Part shown: positions 60,491 through 64,000 of the stretch, one piece after another | How the letters are laid out: every line of letters begins with the position of its first letter | Position numbering within the stretch: position 1 is the stretch's first letter | DNA from: Hemiscyllium ocellatum | Lineage: Eukaryota | NCBI RefSeq assembly: GCF_020745735.1 | Contig: NC_083446.1 | Span: forward strand, 5,518,001 to 5,582,000 | DNA: 64,000 bases | Direction of reading: 5' to 3' | Position numbers and translations under genes: made by a program | The notes under the pieces: model-generated | Seen by the model: only the letters and a program-made list of their open reading frames with translations | The model's database searches: none | Told to the model about the DNA's origin: nothing

Positions 60491-60626
60491 CTAGGAGTCG
60501 TAGTCATCATCCTCTCCGCCGTCTTGACACATCGGGGTGGCCGCGGGCATCGGTAGGTTGCCCAGCGCCGGCGAGCAGGTCGGCACGGGCAAGGCTGGCA
60601 GCGGACCGCTGAAGACTGACCGGGGG
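60491..60626 (-). CDS. DRAP1: DRAP1 (NC2-alpha) terminal coding exon (S-PRSVFSGPLPALPVPTCSPALGNLPMPAATPMCQDGGEDDDYDS*)
   Basis: Proline-rich tail ending in acidic ...EDDDYDS*, typical of vertebrate DRAP1; ttttgtcccccag acceptor; followed by an ~800-nt UTR-like region with AATAAA. Upstream exons were not located in this window. Confidence 0.72.
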
Positions 60627-61639
60627 CTGGGGGACAAAACGAGACAGGGCCTGGGGTTTACACCTTTCGCAGACTCAGTGTCTCCCCACACCCCCTCCCC
60701 AACTCCGCGGGTTGACAACGTCACGCCCCGGAAACAGGCCGTTCAGCCCATCTGCCCGGCGCTGGCTCTGCTGCTCCACAGGAACCGAACCCCTCCCACC
60801 CCTCTTCGCCTTACCCAGTCTCCCCGGTCCTCCCTCCCCCGTGGGTCCTCACGAAATGGGAAGCAGGTGCAAGTCAGAAACGAAGACGGAAACTGCTGGA
60901 AAATCGACGGGGAGGAGAGAGCAGCAGTCGCCTTGGGGGTCCGGCCAGCCTTCCTAGGGAGCGGAGGCGGCCATTCGGCCCCTCCAGCCTGCCCCGCCAA
61001 TTCAGTAAGATCGCGGCTGATCTTTCCAGCTCCAATTACCTGCCCAAAGCCCTAACCCTTTCGCTGTTCAGAAAGCTATCTTCGCCTTAAAAGCAGTCAG
61101 CGAGGTAGCCTCAACTGCTTCACTGGGCAGGGATTTGCACAGAATCACAAACTTTAGAGTGAATAAGTTCCTCCTCAGCGATTAAACTTACAATCAGAGT
61201 ACAAATCTTGGCAAAATAAATTGTACACCCCTCATCTTGCGGTGATGTCCCCTAGTTTCACCCACCAGTGGAAACAACCTCTCTGCTTCTATCTGATCCA
61301 CCCCCTCAGTAATGATATTTGTATAAGATCACCCCCCCTCCTCACTCTAACTTCCAATGAGTGGTAGCCCCAGTCTACTCTCTCTCTCCTCATAACCCAA
61401 CCCCCTCAATTCCTGAGCCAACCTAACAGGGTTCACAGCTCCCACCCCATCCCCCTCGTTCACTCCCAGTGAAAAGGAATGGCACACACCCCCTACACTC
61501 TGAGTGAAGACATTCCCGCTGGATTGCCAGTCAGATCAAGCAGCGGCTCGCCCTCCTTCAGCTGCCCCCAAGTTCCAGTCTCGTCTGCGAGAAAGCATCC
61601 ATCTTGTGCAGACTCCCTTCGCAACCATAAAAGATGGCT

Positions 61640-62095
61640 TGCCGCTGCGCCCAAGAAAGTGTTCTATCCGGGTGCACCGCGGCCTGGTACGGTAACCGCC
61701 GTGCCCAGGACCGTGAGAAGCGACAGGGCGCTGTGAACACAGCCCAGCCCATCACCCACACCCAACCTTTCATCCACTGACTCCACCTACACTTCCCGCT
61801 ACCTCGACATCAAAGAAGTCTCCCGCTACAGTTATACTCTCTGGCACCTTGGTCCATCGGGCAGAAGATATAAAAGTCTGAATACACCGAACAGATTCAA
61901 GAACAGCTTCTTCCCTGCCATATTCAGACTTCCGAATAACACTCAAATGGTAGCTCTGAGCTTTCTGTCTCTGTGTGACTGTAATCTGCAGCCTGTTCTG
62001 CTACCCTGATGCACTTTGTGTGGTATGATCTGTCTGTACAGCATGCAGAACAACACTTTTCACCGTGCCTTGGTACATGTGACAATAAATCAAAC
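61640..62095 (+). mobile_element. Rex1/Babar-type LINE 3' fragment (another on - at about 15710-15980)
   Basis: ESVLSGCTAAWYGNRRAQDREKRQGAVNTAQPIT-like remnant; ends tgacaataaatcaaa. Confidence 0.6.
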
Positions 62096-63286
62096 TCAAA
62101 AAGACCGCAATCACAGGAACGTAGGTCATGAGGAGGAGTAGGCCACTCAGCCCCTCTGCTGTTGTCCCTCATGGCTGACCTTCGACCTCAGCACCATTTC
62201 CCTGCGAGATCGTTAATATCTCAAAACCTCTCCGTCTCATCCTCTGGTTGACGGCATTCCTCCTTATCTCGGTCTCAAAATAGCCAACCCCTTCTCCGGA
62301 GTCTGTGTCTCTGCCCCTCCCCACAGACTGGGTCTCGACCCATTCCCCAGCTAAAGGCAGGAGATGGAGGAGGGGAGGGTTTCCCCTTCCTGCCTTGCCC
62401 CCTGACCTGGGCCTGTACCAGATTCGCACGTTTCAGTCAGACCCACCTCTTCAGTCTCCAAAACACAGGCCCGGTCTCCTCAACCTTTCCTGATGGATAA
62501 TCCCGTCATCCCAGGGATCTGTCTGGTGACCCTCTGGAGTCTGGTCCTAGCCTGTACGGAGTCACACAGCACTGAAGCAGACCCTTCGTCCAACCAGTCC
62601 ATGCCGACTATAACCCCAAACTAAAACTAGTCCCACTGCCTGCTCCTGGACCATATCCCTCCAAATCTTTCCTATTCATGTGCTTATCCCAATGTTTTAC
62701 ATCCGCCACTTCCTCTGGAAGTTCATTCCACTCTGTTAAAAAAAAAGTTGCTCCTCATGTCTTTTTAAAATCTTTCACCCCTTACCTGAAAAAATACACC
62801 CTCTTGTCTCAAAATCCCCCCACCCTAGGGAAAAGACGCCTGCTGTTCACCCTATCCATGCCTCCTCATGATTTTATAAATCTCCAATAGGTTGCCCCTC
62901 AACCTCTGATGTTCCAGTTTAAAAATAAAAGCCTCAGCCTCTCCTTATATCTCAAACCCTCCATTGCCGAAATCAGGAGCCCAGGGCACTGGGGAGGTCT
63001 CCTCTGGCCTACATGAAACATGGAGAGAGATTACACCTGCCTCAGGTGGCAGTGTCTCATTGAGCAGATAGCATCGTCCAATAGTGGAGCACTCCCTCAG
63101 CATTGACAGGAGACTGCCGCATATCGTTGCGGGAATCAAAGTAGAGGAAGGCTGTGGCTGAGCTGACAGTGGTTCCAACTCCCAAGTTCCTCTCTGCGAC
63201 ACCTCCCACGTTACCCGAGACAATCAAAAGCCTGCCTGGCCTCGAACGTGCTGATAGGCCCGGCTCTCTGAACACCACCCACAAAG

Positions 63287-63601
63287 GGCGGCACGGTGGC
63301 ACAGTGGTTAGCACTGCTGCTTCACAGCACCAGGGACCTGGGTTCAATTCCCACCTCAGGCGACTGACTGTGTGGAGTTTGCACGTTCTCCCCGTGTCTG
63401 CGTGGGTTTCCTCCGGGTGCTCCGGTTTCCTCCCACAACCCAAAGATGTGCAGGTCAGGTGAATTGGCCATGCTAAATTGCCCGTAGTGTTAGGTAAGGG
63501 GTAAATGTAGGGGTATGGGTGGGTTGCGCTTCGGCGGGTCGGTGTGGACTTGTTGGGCCGAAGGGCCTGTTTCCACACTGTAAGTTAGCTAATCTAATCT
63601 A
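63287..63601 (+). mobile_element. Near-consensus HE1-type V-SINE
   Basis: gggcggcacggtggcacagtggttagc head, B box, core, tail and (aatct)n end. Confidence 0.9.
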
Positions 63602-64000
63602 AAACGACTCGCTGAGGCTGAAGTCGTCCTCATCACCTCAAACGCGAGACACCCCCACTCTGAACTAAGATTCCCACCAAGGAAGGGTAGCCCCAGCCCT
63701 GTCAGGGCCCCTCAGAATCTCCACAAATAACCTCTCGATCATACACGCTCCCGGGAGCCCAGGTGCAGCGTGCTTCATCAGGCAAAACCCTCCAAGCAGG
63801 AATCAGCCATGTGACTGTTTTCTGCCCGGCTTCTAATGCCAGCACACCCCCCTCCTGCAGTCAGGAGACCAGAGCCGCACACGCCACTTAAAACGCTAAA
63901 CTTGTAGCGAGGCTTCCAAACTTTCGTAGCGTCGTACAAACACAGAAACAGACTCTTCGGTCCAACTCGTCCACAAGTTTCCCCAAAGTAAACCAAACTG

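Noticed and set aside
63287-63360. tRNA genes at SINE heads
   Set aside because: The A and B boxes belong to tRNA-derived SINE heads and continue into SINE core and tail.
60627-64000. Further DRAP1 exons
   Set aside because: No convincing exon with splice sites and DRAP1-like sequence was found; the region is mostly LINE and SINE debris, and the remaining exons probably lie beyond the window.

Overview
Repeat-rich vertebrate genomic DNA, almost certainly from a cartilaginous fish (shark-type HE1/V-SINEs, CR1/HER1-type LINEs, Penelope-like elements), with five N-gaps. Reading exons across introns, which the ORF track does not do, gives this gene order: EIF1AD (-, 5 coding exons, 169 aa), head-to-head with BANF1 (+, 2 coding exons, 89 aa); a second, intact but strongly diverged BANF1-like gene (+, 91 aa) about 26 kb downstream; a three-exon type-2 cystatin most like cystatin E/M (CST6; -, 137 aa); a decayed duplicate of that cystatin's first exon and promoter; and the last exon and 3' UTR of DRAP1 (-). 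These four named genes are neighbours at human 11q13.1. Notable non-genic structure: (1) a single V-SINE inflated to about 10.7 kb by a 53-bp internal tandem repeat, with a higher-order repeat and a duplicated inverted Penelope-like insertion inside it; (2) at least three families of Penelope-like elements carrying minimal hammerhead-ribozyme motifs; (3) a Gmr1-type Gypsy relic with integrase before RT; (4) a 5.6-kb G-rich (sense strand) array filling cystatin intron 1; (5) a 70-bp minisatellite abutting the cystatin promoter. The best candidate for new biology is the basic, surface-remodelled BAF paralogue. Orthology and residue comparisons rely on recalled human sequences and need confirming by alignment.
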